DNA of 64,000 bases from Candidatus Moraniibacteriota bacterium (GCA_016699875.1 CP064989.1:1013332-1077331); one strand, 5' to 3'. Shown: positions 1-9,782, numbered from the stretch's first letter. Notes: generated from the sequence alone by a model not told the origin. A program made the numbers and translations.

Positions 1-296
1 CAGGAGGGCATAAACAGAAATTTGTCGGTGTTGTTATCGAGCCTTTTAGTGTGTGGGTAGATATCATCCGAAAGACCTATCCGGGTATCGGTATCGACGG
101 AAGAGATTTTCCTCTCTGGCCTCTTATCGAACTCGCAACCGGCAAAGACTGCCTCTTTCCTCGAGTGTCGCAAAGAAGGGTTCGCGCTGTACTCCCAAAG
201 ATTCGCGAATTCGTCGGTATTGTTACAATTCCGTTTCAAGTGCTGCAGGAGGTTCGCTATGATTACAAAACAATGCCCTCTGTTGCAAAGGGCTAA
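1..296 (+). CDS. hypothetical protein, 3' end of a CDS that enters the window from upstream (partial)
   Basis: Frame 3 is open from nt 3 with no stop (GGHKQKFVGVVIEPFSVWVDII...) through to the stop at 296. No recognisable motif. Confidence 0.25.
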   Translation, partial: GGHKQKFVGVVIEPFSVWVDIIRKTYPGIGIDGRDFPLWPLIELATGKDCLFPRVSQRRVRAVLPKIREFVGIVTIPFQVLQEVRYDYKTMPSVAKG

Positions 297-590
297 TCTT
301 CAGGGTGTTTGTGATTACCCGACCCTGCTTGAGAGATTTCCTGCTCGTATGCGGGAACATTGTGCTAACGATGGTCAATGCCTGCTTCGACAGGTGAAGG
401 TTCTTGGTTCGGATGATGAAGTAGATGGAGGCATTAATATCGTTCAAGGGCAGGAATTGACTCGGGAATACTCATACCGAGGCCAAGGAGTTTCCTCTCA
501 GCGCATGGGTACGAGTATATGGTGGCATATTCGCAGTTTCGCTATTCCATGATGGGATATTGGGATATGCGGAAACTATGAATAAACAAA

Positions 591-620
591 GGCTCGGCAA
601 TACCGCGGTATTGCCGAGCC
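591..620. terminator. bidirectional intrinsic terminator (perfect 30-nt palindrome)
   Basis: ggctcggcaataccgcggtattgccgagcc is its own reverse complement. It is followed by aattcttttg on the + strand and by tttgtttatt on the - strand. It lies 150 nt downstream of the miaA stop on the - strand. Confidence 0.55.
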
Positions 621-768
621 AATTCTTTTGACCCCCTCTCTTTGCGTGGAATTCACTCAAACGGGATATTGAGGACCACTCCAATGTTTGAATGCGATGC
701 TTTCAGAGAAAGCGAGGCTCCTTTCCCTATGGGTATGGAGAACGATGGGCGCCTATTCGTATACATTG

Positions 769-1731
769 TCAAACAGTGCGCTTCTCCTCGAGGTACGTGT
801 TGATTTTCTGGGCGGCTTCTGTTGCTGTCTTGACAACTGTGAGTGGCGCGCCGAGTCTTTTCCATCGGCGGATCCATGTCATTTGGCGTTTGGCATAGTG
901 AACACTGTCGAAGAAGAGGCGTTCTTTCATCCCCGCTTCGTCGACCATTCCTCGGAGGAATCGCGATATCCACCGGTATTCGAGTCCGAAACTGTCGAGA
1001 CGTTCCCATGAGACGCCATTTGTGTGGAGTGATTCGACTTCTGCAATCATGCCTTGACTGAATCGTGCCTCGAGCCGGGCGCGTATTCGCGCATCAAGGA
1101 TATCTTTCGGTGGGCAGAGAGCGATGGTATATGGTTGAATTGCTTTATGGTTGAATGGTCGGGCGTTTTTTGGAATTGGATCTTCTTTCTGATTCTTAAT
1201 GCTTGATTCTTGATTTTTGTCTTTCGCTATTTCTATGGCGCGGATCAATCGTCTGGGGTTTTTTCGGTCGATTGTCTCGGCGCGCGCCGAATCGAGTTCT
1301 TGAAGTATCTCGAAGAGTTCCTCGGGAGTTTTCCGCGAAAGTTCCATGCGCAGTGACGAGTTGGGCGGGGTATCGGGGAGCGCTTGATTTTCGATGAGCG
1401 CCTGAATCCAAAACCCCGTGCCGCCACAGACGATGGGGAGTTTGTCTCGACTTGCAATGTCTCCGATTGCCGTGCGCGCATCGCGGAGGAAATGCGAAAT
1501 ATTGTAGTCGTCATTTGGGTCGGCAACGTCAAGGAGGTGATGTGGAACGATCCGCTGCTCTTTCTTGGTAACCTTGCCACTTCCGATATCCATACCGCGA
1601 TACACTTGCCGACTGTCGGTGGAGATGACTTCGCCGTTCCATTGCTTTGCCGCATCAATCGCCAGCGCCGACTTTCCCGACGAAGTCGGCCCGAGGATGA
1701 CGACGAGCTTCGATGATTTTAATGTTGACAT
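769..1731 (-). CDS. miaA: tRNA dimethylallyltransferase (tRNA isopentenyltransferase)
   Basis: N-terminal P-loop VVILGPTSSGKS, then DSRQVYRGMDIGSGK; ~320 aa, the typical MiaA length and motif pattern. Confidence 0.9.
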   Translation of the reverse strand: MSTLKSSKLVVILGPTSSGKSALAIDAAKQWNGEVISTDSRQVYRGMDIGSGKVTKKEQRIVPHHLLDVADPNDDYNISHFLRDARTAIGDIASRDKLPIVCGGTGFWIQALIENQALPDTPPNSSLRMELSRKTPEELFEILQELDSARAETIDRKNPRRLIRAIEIAKDKNQESSIKNQKEDPIPKNARPFNHKAIQPYTIALCPPKDILDARIRARLEARFSQGMIAEVESLHTNGVSWERLDSFGLEYRWISRFLRGMVDEAGMKERLFFDSVHYAKRQMTWIRRWKRLGAPLTVVKTATEAAQKINTYLEEKRTV

Positions 1732-1756
1732 AAGAGCTTAATTCGTGTAGAAGAAA

Positions 1757-2284
1757 ATGGATGAGTTAGGTTTCTGTTCCTTAACCCTGTTGCTATTTGC
1801 AACATTACTTGGAGACTTCGAGATGACCCCAGATCAAGTGGCAAGAGAGAATCATGAATTTTACTATGTAGCAGTAGCGATGAGTCTTTGTTCGACGGCT
1901 TTTCCTGATTTCGGTCAGGCAGTTGTTCATAGTCTCTACGACGAGAGCGGACTTGCTCAGTTTGGTGTTGAATTTTCTCATTATTCTGGCTACATTCGCA
2001 TTGATACCTCACAAATTGGAGAATGTTTTCGCGAAGGACTGGCAAATGAAGTTTGGAGTGGAATCTTTGGTCGCATGGTGTGTGCAATACCATCCTCTGT
2101 TTCCGGTGAAATGAATACGGAAGTGGTCTTGAGAGAAGGTATTTATAGATTTACATTCAAGATCATTCAGTACGAGCGCGATGCAGAACATGGGTGGGAG
2201 ATTATCGATGATCCGCTTCCTTTGCCTGATGATGAGAAGCTTGGTCGCGTTGTGAATCTTTGCATTACTATTGATCATAGTTAA
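1757..2284 (+). CDS. hypothetical protein (start may be the internal Met at ~1823)
   Basis: 175-aa ORF in the 525-nt gap between miaA and the dnaE tail. No recognisable motif. Confidence 0.4.
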   Translation: MDELGFCSLTLLLFATLLGDFEMTPDQVARENHEFYYVAVAMSLCSTAFPDFGQAVVHSLYDESGLAQFGVEFSHYSGYIRIDTSQIGECFREGLANEVWSGIFGRMVCAIPSSVSGEMNTEVVLREGIYRFTFKIIQYERDAEHGWEIIDDPLPLPDDEKLGRVVNLCITIDHS

Positions 2285-2386
2285 TTAAGTACGTGTTGAG
2301 AACTCCTCTCCTCGTCGGAGTTTCTAAAGGGACTCTGACGAACAAAACCCTATCACATCCCGGGCAGTGCGCTGCTTGGGATTTTT

Positions 2387-2868
2387 CTATCTCGTTTCTA
2401 CTTTCGGGGTATTTTCTTTAAGAGTCTCAGTTGTTTTCGGTGTTGCATCAATAGAAAAATGGGTCTCTATCGTTTTTCCGCGGAGGCGGATGCAGACTTT
2501 TGTGTCTCCTGTGGGCAGTCGCTTTAGGGTGTCGGCGAGGTGTTCGAGAGTCTTTTCGGTGGCAGTGTCGTCGAGCGTTATGATGATGTTTTTGTTTTGA
2601 ATGGTTTGATTGTTGGATGGCTGAATGGCTGAATGGCGTGATGGTTGAGTGGTTTTTGTTTCCTCGCTGTCTGTTGTCAGTTGCTTGTTGTCAGTGGTTT
2701 GTTGCGGGTTGTGAGTTGCCTCTCGCTCTTTGTCTGATTCTTTATTTTGTATTCCTAATTCTCCTACCGGTTCTCTCGGTTGTCCGTATTTTTTCCTTGT
2801 GAGGATCGCACGTTGCCAGGTCTCTATCTCTTGCGGCGAGATGCGGTCGGCGCGCTCGACCAGGATTG
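2387..2868 (-). pseudogene. dnaE: dnaE 3'-terminal segment encoded in the +1 frame relative to the main dnaE ORF (frameshifted C-terminal tail)
   Basis: The alternate-frame translation reads ...ILVERADRISPQEIE... then IIITLDDTATEKTLEHLADTLKRLPTGDTKVCIRLRGKTIETHFSIDATPK. This resembles the conserved DnaE C-terminal tail. It is interrupted by a Q/T/N-rich low-complexity stretch (QQTTDNKQLTTDSEETKTTQ...PSNNQTIQNKN) encoded by TTG/TGG-rich tandem repeats at about 2618-2745. Confidence 0.45.
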
Positions 2869-5800
2869 TTGGTGAGCCTTCTCGGAGGAAATCTTGACAG
2901 TGACAGTGACCATCTGTTCGGCGACCCAAAGGTACTCGGTCTGCTCGGCAATGCGCGGGAAGACGACGGCTTCGATCCGTCCGGTCGTATCTTCGACGGT
3001 GGCGAAGTACATCGTCTTCTGGTCTTTGGTATAGGCTTTTCGGAGCGCGGAGATGACGCCGCCCACCTGCGCGATCGCGCCTTCGGAGAGCTTTTCGACT
3101 TCGTGCACGGGCGTTGCGATTTCCGCAAGATATTCTTGGTAGTCGCTTGCCGGATGATCGCTCACATAGAGTCCGAGGAGTTCTTTTTCCCACTGGAGTT
3201 TTTCGTGCTTGGTGGCGGGGGCAACCGGCGTGAGGCGGATAGCGCTCTTTTCGATCGGCATGTCGCGGAAGAGGCTCATCGAATGCGTCGCCTTAGTCTT
3301 CTCGCTGTTCTTTGAGTACAACAAAATGGTGTCGACGCTCTCAAGGAGGCTCTTGCGTTCGCCGAAGGCGTTGAGTCCGCCCACTTTCGCGAGCGCTTCG
3401 ATGGATTTTTTGTTGAGGTCTTTGGTGCGGACACGTTCGATGAAGTCGGTGAGGTCTTTGAATTTTCCGTTTTTCTTTCGCTCGCGAACGATTTCTTCGG
3501 TGACGGTCGCGCCCACATTTTTCACGGCATTGAGTCCGAATCGGACGCGCTCGACACCGTCGTCTCCGCGGATGACGGCGAATTCCTCGAAACTCTCATT
3601 GACCGATGGCGGCAAGACTTCGATACCCATGTCGCGCGTCTCGGCGACTTCGATCGAGACGCGGTCGGAGTTGCTCTGATCGCTTGTGAGCAGCGCCGCC
3701 ATAAATTCCGCCGGATAGTGCGCTTTGAGATAGGCGGTTTGGTAGCCGATGAGTCCGTAGCAGGCGGCGTGAGATCGGTTGAATCCGTAACCGGCAAAGG
3801 GCTCGATGAAGGCGAAGACTTTTTCAGCGATAGTCTTTGAGATGCCTTGCTTGACGCAACCGTCGATGAATTTGATTTTCTGTTCTTTAATGAGCTCCAA
3901 AATCTTTTTCCCCATCGCTTTGCGGAGTACATCCGCTTCGCCCAGAGTGAATCCGGCAAGATCTTGCGCGATGCGCATGACTTGTTCCTGATAGACGGCG
4001 ACGCCGTAGCTCGTGCCGAGTATGGGCTCGAGCTTTGGGTGAAGGTACTCGACGGTCTTGGTGCCGTGCTTCCCGGCGATGAAGTCCGGGATCCAGTCCA
4101 TGGGACCGGGGCGGTAGAGGGCGACCATGGCGATGATGTCTTCGAGGACGGTCGGCTTCAATTGTTTGAGGTAGCGCTTCATGCCGTTTGATTCGAGCTG
4201 GAAGACGCCGGTCGTGTGCGCTTTCTGGAGAAGAGCAAAGGTTGCTTCGTCGTCGAGCGGGAGCTTATCCATAATGTCGGCGGTCGAAACGGTGTCGGGA
4301 TTGAGTCCGAGTTTTTCGGCGAGGTGTTCGAGCTTGCCGAGCGCCTTCAAAATACGGATGGTGTCTTGAATGATGGTGAGGTTTTTGAGACCGAGGAAGT
4401 CCATTTTCAAGAGGCCGATTTTTTCGACGTAACTTGATTTGGTTGAAGAAGAGTATTGCGTCACGATGCCTTCTTTGGAACCGGAAATATTTTGAATCGG
4501 CGTGTATTCGGTGACCGGGTCTTTGGTGATGACGACGCCGCAGGCATGCATGGAGGCGTGCCGCGAGAGACCTTCTATCTTCTTGGCGACGTCGATGAGG
4601 CGTTTGGCGTCGGGGTCGCGATCGTAGAGCGCTTTGAAATCGGGCGCTTCTTGAAGTGCCTTTTCCATCGAGTGGAACTGTGGGATGAGCTTGGCGACGG
4701 TGTCGCAGAGGCTGTAGGAGAGTCCGAGGGCGCGGCCGGCGTCGCGAATCGCGGCGCGCGCCGCCATGGTTCCGAAGGTGATGATCTGTGCGACGTGGTC
4801 GTTGCCATAGCGTCGACGGACATAATTCAAGACATCGTCGCGGCGGTTGTCGGCGAAGTCCATGTCGACATCGGGCATAGAAATGCGCTCCGGATTGAGG
4901 AATCGCTCGAAGAGGAGATTGTATTTGATCGGATCCATGTTGGTGATGCCGGTCAAATAGGCGACGAAACTTCCGGCGGCGCTCCCTCTTCCGGGGCCTA
5001 CGACGATGCCTTCGTGCTTTGCCCAGTTGACGAAGTCTTGAACGATCAAGAAGTACGAGGCGAAGCCAGTTTTCTCGATCACACCGAGTTCGTACTCCAT
5101 GCGCTCGCGGTGCTGGTCGGTGATATCGGTACCGAAGCGCTTGGCAAGCCCCGCTTCGCAGAGTTCGCGCAGATAAGCTTCAGGAGTCTTGCCGTCGGGC
5201 ACGTCGAAATGCGGGAGCTGGGTTTCTCCGAGTTTGATGTGAACATCACAGCGGTCCGCGATTTTCCCGGCATTTTCGATGGCCTCCGGAATGTCCTTGA
5301 AGAATGCCTCCATGTCTTCGGGCGAACGGAGCGAGAGGTCGAGGTGTCGAAGCGAGAGTCGGTTTTCGTCGGAAACTTTTTTGTTGTCGCGGATACAAAG
5401 GAGGATATCTTGGAGATCGCTGTCTTCGGGGCGGACATAGTGCACATCGTTCGCCGCGACGAGCGGAATGCCGGTTTCTCGCGATATCTGGACAAGTCCG
5501 GTATTGGCAACAATTTGATTTTCGTAGTCGCCGTGCGGTTGGAGTTCGAGGAAGAAGTTGCCTTTGCCGAAAATGTCTTCGTATTCGAGGGCTGCTTCCC
5601 GCGCGCGCTCTTCGCTTCCGGCGATGACGAGCGACGGCACTTCGCCGGTCACCGATCCGGAAAGAGCAATGATGCCCTCATGGTATTTCCGCAAGAGTGC
5701 CTTGTCGACGCGCGCTTTGTAGTAGAAGCCCTCGATATGCGACTCGGAGATGATCTTCATGAGATTCTGGTAGCCAGCTTGTGTCTCGGCGAGAAGGACG

Positions 5801-6060
5801 AGATTGGAGCGGCGGCGGTCTTCGATCGAGACTCGGCTCCTCATATTTGCCGTCACGTAGATTTCCGCACCGATAATCGGCTTCATGTCTCGTTCTTTTG
5901 CTTTGATCGAGAGCTCGACGGCGCCATAAAGCGCGGTGTAGTCGGTGATGGCAAGTGCGGTCATGCCGAGCTCTTTGGCGCGGTCAAGGAGCGCGTCAAT
6001 GCGAGCAGGCGCGGTGAGAAGGCTATAGTGCGAGTGAACGTGGAGATGTGCAAAAGGCAT
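2824..6060 (-). CDS. dnaE: DNA polymerase III alpha subunit
   Basis: PHP domain start MPFAHLHVHSHYSLL; length 1078 aa; polymerase core and OB-fold region (MYFATVEDTTGRIEAVVFP). The ORF stops shortly after the OB fold and the tail continues in another frame (see the 2387-2868 feature). Confidence 0.93.
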   Translation of the reverse strand: MPFAHLHVHSHYSLLTAPARIDALLDRAKELGMTALAITDYTALYGAVELSIKAKERDMKPIIGAEIYVTANMRSRVSIEDRRRSNLVLLAETQAGYQNLMKIISESHIEGFYYKARVDKALLRKYHEGIIALSGSVTGEVPSLVIAGSEERAREAALEYEDIFGKGNFFLELQPHGDYENQIVANTGLVQISRETGIPLVAANDVHYVRPEDSDLQDILLCIRDNKKVSDENRLSLRHLDLSLRSPEDMEAFFKDIPEAIENAGKIADRCDVHIKLGETQLPHFDVPDGKTPEAYLRELCEAGLAKRFGTDITDQHRERMEYELGVIEKTGFASYFLIVQDFVNWAKHEGIVVGPGRGSAAGSFVAYLTGITNMDPIKYNLLFERFLNPERISMPDVDMDFADNRRDDVLNYVRRRYGNDHVAQIITFGTMAARAAIRDAGRALGLSYSLCDTVAKLIPQFHSMEKALQEAPDFKALYDRDPDAKRLIDVAKKIEGLSRHASMHACGVVITKDPVTEYTPIQNISGSKEGIVTQYSSSTKSSYVEKIGLLKMDFLGLKNLTIIQDTIRILKALGKLEHLAEKLGLNPDTVSTADIMDKLPLDDEATFALLQKAHTTGVFQLESNGMKRYLKQLKPTVLEDIIAMVALYRPGPMDWIPDFIAGKHGTKTVEYLHPKLEPILGTSYGVAVYQEQVMRIAQDLAGFTLGEADVLRKAMGKKILELIKEQKIKFIDGCVKQGISKTIAEKVFAFIEPFAGYGFNRSHAACYGLIGYQTAYLKAHYPAEFMAALLTSDQSNSDRVSIEVAETRDMGIEVLPPSVNESFEEFAVIRGDDGVERVRFGLNAVKNVGATVTEEIVRERKKNGKFKDLTDFIERVRTKDLNKKSIEALAKVGGLNAFGERKSLLESVDTILLYSKNSEKTKATHSMSLFRDMPIEKSAIRLTPVAPATKHEKLQWEKELLGLYVSDHPASDYQEYLAEIATPVHEVEKLSEGAIAQVGGVISALRKAYTKDQKTMYFATVEDTTGRIEAVVFPRIAEQTEYLWVAEQMVTVTVKISSEKAHQQSWSSAPTASRRKR

Positions 6061-6209
6061 GGAGGTCGTTAGTAAACGAAAACTCTGTGAAATTTTTACA
6101 ACGTGATAGACTAAAATTGGATAGCGAGGGAATTTCCCTCACATAAAATCTTACCGTACCGAGCAGCGAGAGGGAAGTCTTGACAAGATTTTTTCATCGG
6201 AGTGTTTTG

Positions 6210-6218
6210 TGGTATACT
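6210..6218 (+). promoter_or_regulatory. candidate extended -10 promoter (TGGTATACT) upstream of the 6331 gene
   Basis: TGn immediately precedes TATACT at 6213-6218. No good -35 at 17 nt spacing; the TTGACA at 6180 is too far. Divergent dnaE/6331 intergenic region. Confidence 0.3.
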
Positions 6219-6330
6219 CCTCCCAGTAGTTGTAGTAATTGAGAAATTATCGTTTTGCAACCGGAGGGAACTCTTTCTCGAAGGTTTGTCTCTGCGGAAA
6301 CGAATATATAATTTGTAAAACAAAAACGTC

Positions 6331-6864
6331 ATGTCGCTTCAGCTTCCTTCGAGATCGAACAAAGTGTTGTTCTGGTCTCTTGTTGTGCTTGCAATTGCAA
6401 TGGTGCTTGCTGTCGCCTTTGCTCTCCGAGGGTTCAATCGCGAAATGGGGAGAGAGGATATGTCTGTGAAGATTTCAGATTCCCCTCAGGGTGATGTGAC
6501 AACAGGACCTCTTTCCGAGGTTATGACCGAAGAAGTGTTGATGGATTGGAGGCGAGATGAGAAAAACCGCATTGTTATTACCGGAAAGGTTATAAATGTG
6601 CAGCCGATTCCTGAGCAGAAAGATGTGAAAGGTATGGAGCTTGAACTCCTTGTCTCTCCAACCATTGATCCGGCGATCTATGCCGCTCCGGACAAAGTCT
6701 ATCGGTTCTTTCTCTCCGAACGGGACACAGAAGGGTTCTTTGAGGGCATGAAGCGAGATGACGTACTTTCCATTACCGCACAATCAGCTCCTATGGACGA
6801 TGCATATGTGATTGCGGCAAAGATGGAGAAGAGGGAGGGTATGGAGGGGGAGGATTATCAATAG
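6331..6864 (+). CDS. hypothetical membrane-anchored protein (single N-terminal TM, acidic C-terminal part)
   Basis: N-terminal hydrophobic helix FWSLVVLAIAMVLAVAFAL; no known motif. Confidence 0.5.
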   Translation: MSLQLPSRSNKVLFWSLVVLAIAMVLAVAFALRGFNREMGREDMSVKISDSPQGDVTTGPLSEVMTEEVLMDWRRDEKNRIVITGKVINVQPIPEQKDVKGMELELLVSPTIDPAIYAAPDKVYRFFLSERDTEGFFEGMKRDDVLSITAQSAPMDDAYVIAAKMEKREGMEGEDYQ

Positions 6865-6916
6865 GGAGTTGGTTGTGAAGTATTGACACGAAGTCTTTAA
6901 CTCTATCAAAGCTGCT

Positions 6917-8662
6917 ATGAAGAAATTTTGTTCAAGTGCTACCTCTGTTTGGTTGAAGTGCTCTTATTTGAAGCGGGGAGGCATTGTTTTCATTTTTTCC
7001 CTCGGTTTTTTTTCTGCTGTGAATAGTGTACAAGCTCAGCCATACGGAAGTCTTGGTTGGTGTAGCGCCGCTCCTTGTAACGGGACACTTTCAGTGACTC
7101 GTCCCGGAAGGTCGTGTAGTCCTGGCTCTGGACCGGCCACTAATTGTCCCGCTGCGCTCGCTTGTAGACCGACTGACAGTATTTGGAGCAGTCCCTTTCC
7201 TTGTGGTCAGTGTGCGCCAGAATATTCAGGATCGGCAATATATGTTTGGGAAGGGAATGTGACGTGTGACTCTGGAGGGACTTCAGGTGGTAGTACTTCG
7301 GCTCGATGCGGACCGGCAGCAAAAAGCTATGCCTATACGGATACGGCGTACTCGGGTCTTCTCTGTGGAACAGGCTCGTCGCCTACTGTCGGGAATAATA
7401 ATGTTCCTTTCCCAGCACCAGGTGCAACAGTGACGTGGACGTGTTTTAATAGCTCATCTCCATCGGTAAATTGTTCTGCATCTCGAGCATCAGCTCCTAT
7501 CACCTGCGGGTCCGCCAATGGGGGCACATTCTCCTCCACATCTGGTCCTTCAGCAGCTAATCTTTGCAGTGACGGAAGTCGTCCAACGGTGTCTGCTCGC
7601 TATACTGGCAGTTACTGGACCGGTTGGTCATGGACTTGCGGAAGCAATACGTGCAGTGCAAATCTCTCGCCGGGTGTTTGTGGAAGCGCAAATGGCACGA
7701 ATCGGTCTTCTGCTCCTTCAACAGCAACAGAACTTTGCCAAGCTGGATCGCCAAGTAGTGTCTCTGGATCTGGTCCGTGGACTTGGAGTTGTACCGGGAC
7801 TTCGTGCCGCGCGGATAAAGCGGTGTCTTCCTGTACCCCAAACTGTCCAAGTCTGTCTGGATACTGCACGACTACTCCCGTTTACGATACAAACTGCGGA
7901 ACGTATTGCGGAAATGGGACGGTGAATTGTTCGGTGTCGCGCTTCATTGTTTGCCCTGCATCGGTGTCGCTTTCGCCCAGTGGACAACAGCAACTTAATG
8001 CCAAATACTGGTCGTCTCTTTCCTACGCTCCGTCATGTTCGACCACAGGGTATTCGACGGTAACCACAAGTGCTGCGTGGTCGTCATCCGACACTTCAAT
8101 AGCAACAGTGGATAACTCGACTTCGAAAGGATTGGTAACGGCCGGGAGTCCAAGTGTCACATCGACGGTCCCAATTCGTGCAATATACGGAACATCCTCA
8201 GCGACGAGCAATGTGACAGTGACAGCAGTATCTACGCCATCGGTGCCAACGCCTTCTTTGGTTGTTTGTCCGTCGAGTGCGTCGATTGCTTTGGGTCAAA
8301 CAAGGTCAGATTTTACAGCGTGGTATCGGGCGGATGGTGTGGATATCACGTGTAGCAATCAGACAGGTACGGATCAGAACGTGACAAGCTCTGCCAGCTG
8401 GTCGAGCGCTGATCCTTCAATGGTCGAGGTGGTCAGTAAGGGATCTCTGAGAGGTGTTGATGTCACGTCCGATGTAGCGGTAACGGCGGCGTATAATACC
8501 CGTAGCGCGACGACGCACGTAGAGGTCGTTTGTACGCCGGACTCGACATGCGGAGGTGTGCGAGCGAATACGTGTACTGATGATCAGTGTCTTGATTCCT
8601 GCGGCAATACATACGATGGTACTAAAGACTGTCGTGAGCATTGGCAGGAGGTGGCGCCGTAA
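6917..8662 (+). CDS. secreted Cys/Ser/Thr/Gly-rich protein with internal Cys-module repeats and two C-terminal bacterial Ig-like (Big_2-type) domains
   Basis: Signal-peptide-like N-terminus (FIFSLGFFSAVNSVQA). Repeated modules TWTC...CGSANG.../WSWTCGSNTC/WTWSCTGTSC. Two segments match the Big_2 pattern (TVTTSAAWSSSDTSIATVDNSTSKGLVTAGSPSVTSTV... and ...VTSSASWSSADPSMVEVVSKGSLRGVDVTSDVAVTAAY...). Confidence 0.7.
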   Translation: MKKFCSSATSVWLKCSYLKRGGIVFIFSLGFFSAVNSVQAQPYGSLGWCSAAPCNGTLSVTRPGRSCSPGSGPATNCPAALACRPTDSIWSSPFPCGQCAPEYSGSAIYVWEGNVTCDSGGTSGGSTSARCGPAAKSYAYTDTAYSGLLCGTGSSPTVGNNNVPFPAPGATVTWTCFNSSSPSVNCSASRASAPITCGSANGGTFSSTSGPSAANLCSDGSRPTVSARYTGSYWTGWSWTCGSNTCSANLSPGVCGSANGTNRSSAPSTATELCQAGSPSSVSGSGPWTWSCTGTSCRADKAVSSCTPNCPSLSGYCTTTPVYDTNCGTYCGNGTVNCSVSRFIVCPASVSLSPSGQQQLNAKYWSSLSYAPSCSTTGYSTVTTSAAWSSSDTSIATVDNSTSKGLVTAGSPSVTSTVPIRAIYGTSSATSNVTVTAVSTPSVPTPSLVVCPSSASIALGQTRSDFTAWYRADGVDITCSNQTGTDQNVTSSASWSSADPSMVEVVSKGSLRGVDVTSDVAVTAAYNTRSATTHVEVVCTPDSTCGGVRANTCTDDQCLDSCGNTYDGTKDCREHWQEVAP

Positions 8663-8703
8663 GTCATCAGTCGCGGGGAGGGTTCATCTCCGAAAGCAAC
8701 GAG

Positions 8704-8741
8704 CTGCTCCTTGTGATTGAGAGGAGCGGCTTTTGTTTATT
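8704..8741 (+). terminator. intrinsic terminator after the Cys-rich protein gene
   Basis: 9-bp stem gctgctcct/aggagcggc (one G-U pair) followed by ttttgtttatt. Confidence 0.45.
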
Positions 8742-8768
8742 CTGACGTTTTCGGATATGCTGTGAAAT

Positions 8769-9473
8769 ATGAAAAATAGCTACGCAGAGAAAACGCATCT
8801 TCCAACATTCGAATATGAACAGCTGGCGGCAGCGTCTCACCGTGATGCCGTCGGGGTGGACGAGGCGGGGCGAGGACCGCTTGCCGGACCGGTTGTTGCT
8901 GCGGCAGCGCGGTATCGATCGAGTCGGCTCGGGTTTCCTTGTGGAGAGAGTAGAGAATGGCGGCTGGTTCGAGATTCCAAGACGCTCTCAGGGCATCAAC
9001 GCGAAGAGGCATATCGGTGGATTCTTGCGAATTTCGAGGTTGGGGTTGGTGTGGTTGATGCGGAGACTATTGATCGGGTGAATATCCTTCAGGCAACATT
9101 CCTTGCTATGCGAATGGCTCTGGCGGATCTTTTGGAGAAGCGTATCGCGGGAAAACAAAACGGGATGCAAAATGTTCGTATATTGGTTGATGGCAATCGA
9201 GTGATCCCAAAAATCGAGTTTTCTCAAGAGGCAATCGTGCACGGAGACGCTCGATCGGTGTCTATTGCCGCAGCATCTATTGTGGCCAAGGTGACGCGTG
9301 ATCGGAGAATGCGGGATCTCGACATCCTCTATCCAGAGTATGGATTCTCGAAGCACAAGGGGTATGGTACGGCAGCGCACCTCTCGGCACTCCAGCGGTT
9401 TGGGCCGTGCCCGATTCATCGGCAGTCATTTGCGCCGGTTGTGCGAGCTTCCCGGGAATTTGCAAGAAATTAA
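8769..9473 (+). CDS. rnhB: ribonuclease HII
   Basis: GVDEAGRGPLAGPVVAAA catalytic motif and ~230 aa length. Confidence 0.9.
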   Translation: MKNSYAEKTHLPTFEYEQLAAASHRDAVGVDEAGRGPLAGPVVAAAARYRSSRLGFPCGESREWRLVRDSKTLSGHQREEAYRWILANFEVGVGVVDAETIDRVNILQATFLAMRMALADLLEKRIAGKQNGMQNVRILVDGNRVIPKIEFSQEAIVHGDARSVSIAAASIVAKVTRDRRMRDLDILYPEYGFSKHKGYGTAAHLSALQRFGPCPIHRQSFAPVVRASREFARN

Positions 9474-9520
9474 GAATTCTGATAGACTCTGAGTCAAGTG
9501 TTTTCCATTGAGAATATCCT

Positions 9521-9733
9521 ATGTCGGTACCGAAACAGCGGCATTCCAAAGCTCGGCAGGCTCGCGGGCGCGTTCGCTATGTAAAGTCCGTAAAGAATAG
9601 TGTGGCTTGCCCGAAATGTGGGGCGAGCATTTCGTCACACCGTGTGTGTCCGAAATGCGGCTTTTACAAGAATCGAGAATACGTAAATACGCTGAAAAAA
9701 GCGTCGGCATCGACAAAAAAAGAGCAGCAGTAA
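9521..9733 (+). CDS. rpmF: 50S ribosomal protein L32
   Basis: MSVPKQRHSKARQARGR... with the CPKCG...CPKCG zinc ribbon; 70 aa. Confidence 0.9.
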   Translation: MSVPKQRHSKARQARGRVRYVKSVKNSVACPKCGASISSHRVCPKCGFYKNREYVNTLKKASASTKKEQQ

Positions 9734-9782
9734 TTGCTCTCGAGCCTTAAAACAAGGGTCTCTTCTGATGGTTTCTTGAAAT

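Noticed and set aside
220-552. 110-aa Cys-rich plus-strand ORF near the window start
   Set aside because: No motif and an ambiguous start. It would end just before the palindromic terminator, which is mildly supportive. That is insufficient to call it without conservation evidence.
2600-2760. Tandem TGG/TTG-rich repeats considered as a possible CRISPR or standalone repeat feature
   Set aside because: Irregular short units without spacers. They are coding on the minus strand for the low-complexity insert of the dnaE tail.
4456-6072. 538-aa plus-strand ORF inside dnaE
   Set aside because: Antisense to DnaE. Gly/Asp/Val-rich shadow translation.
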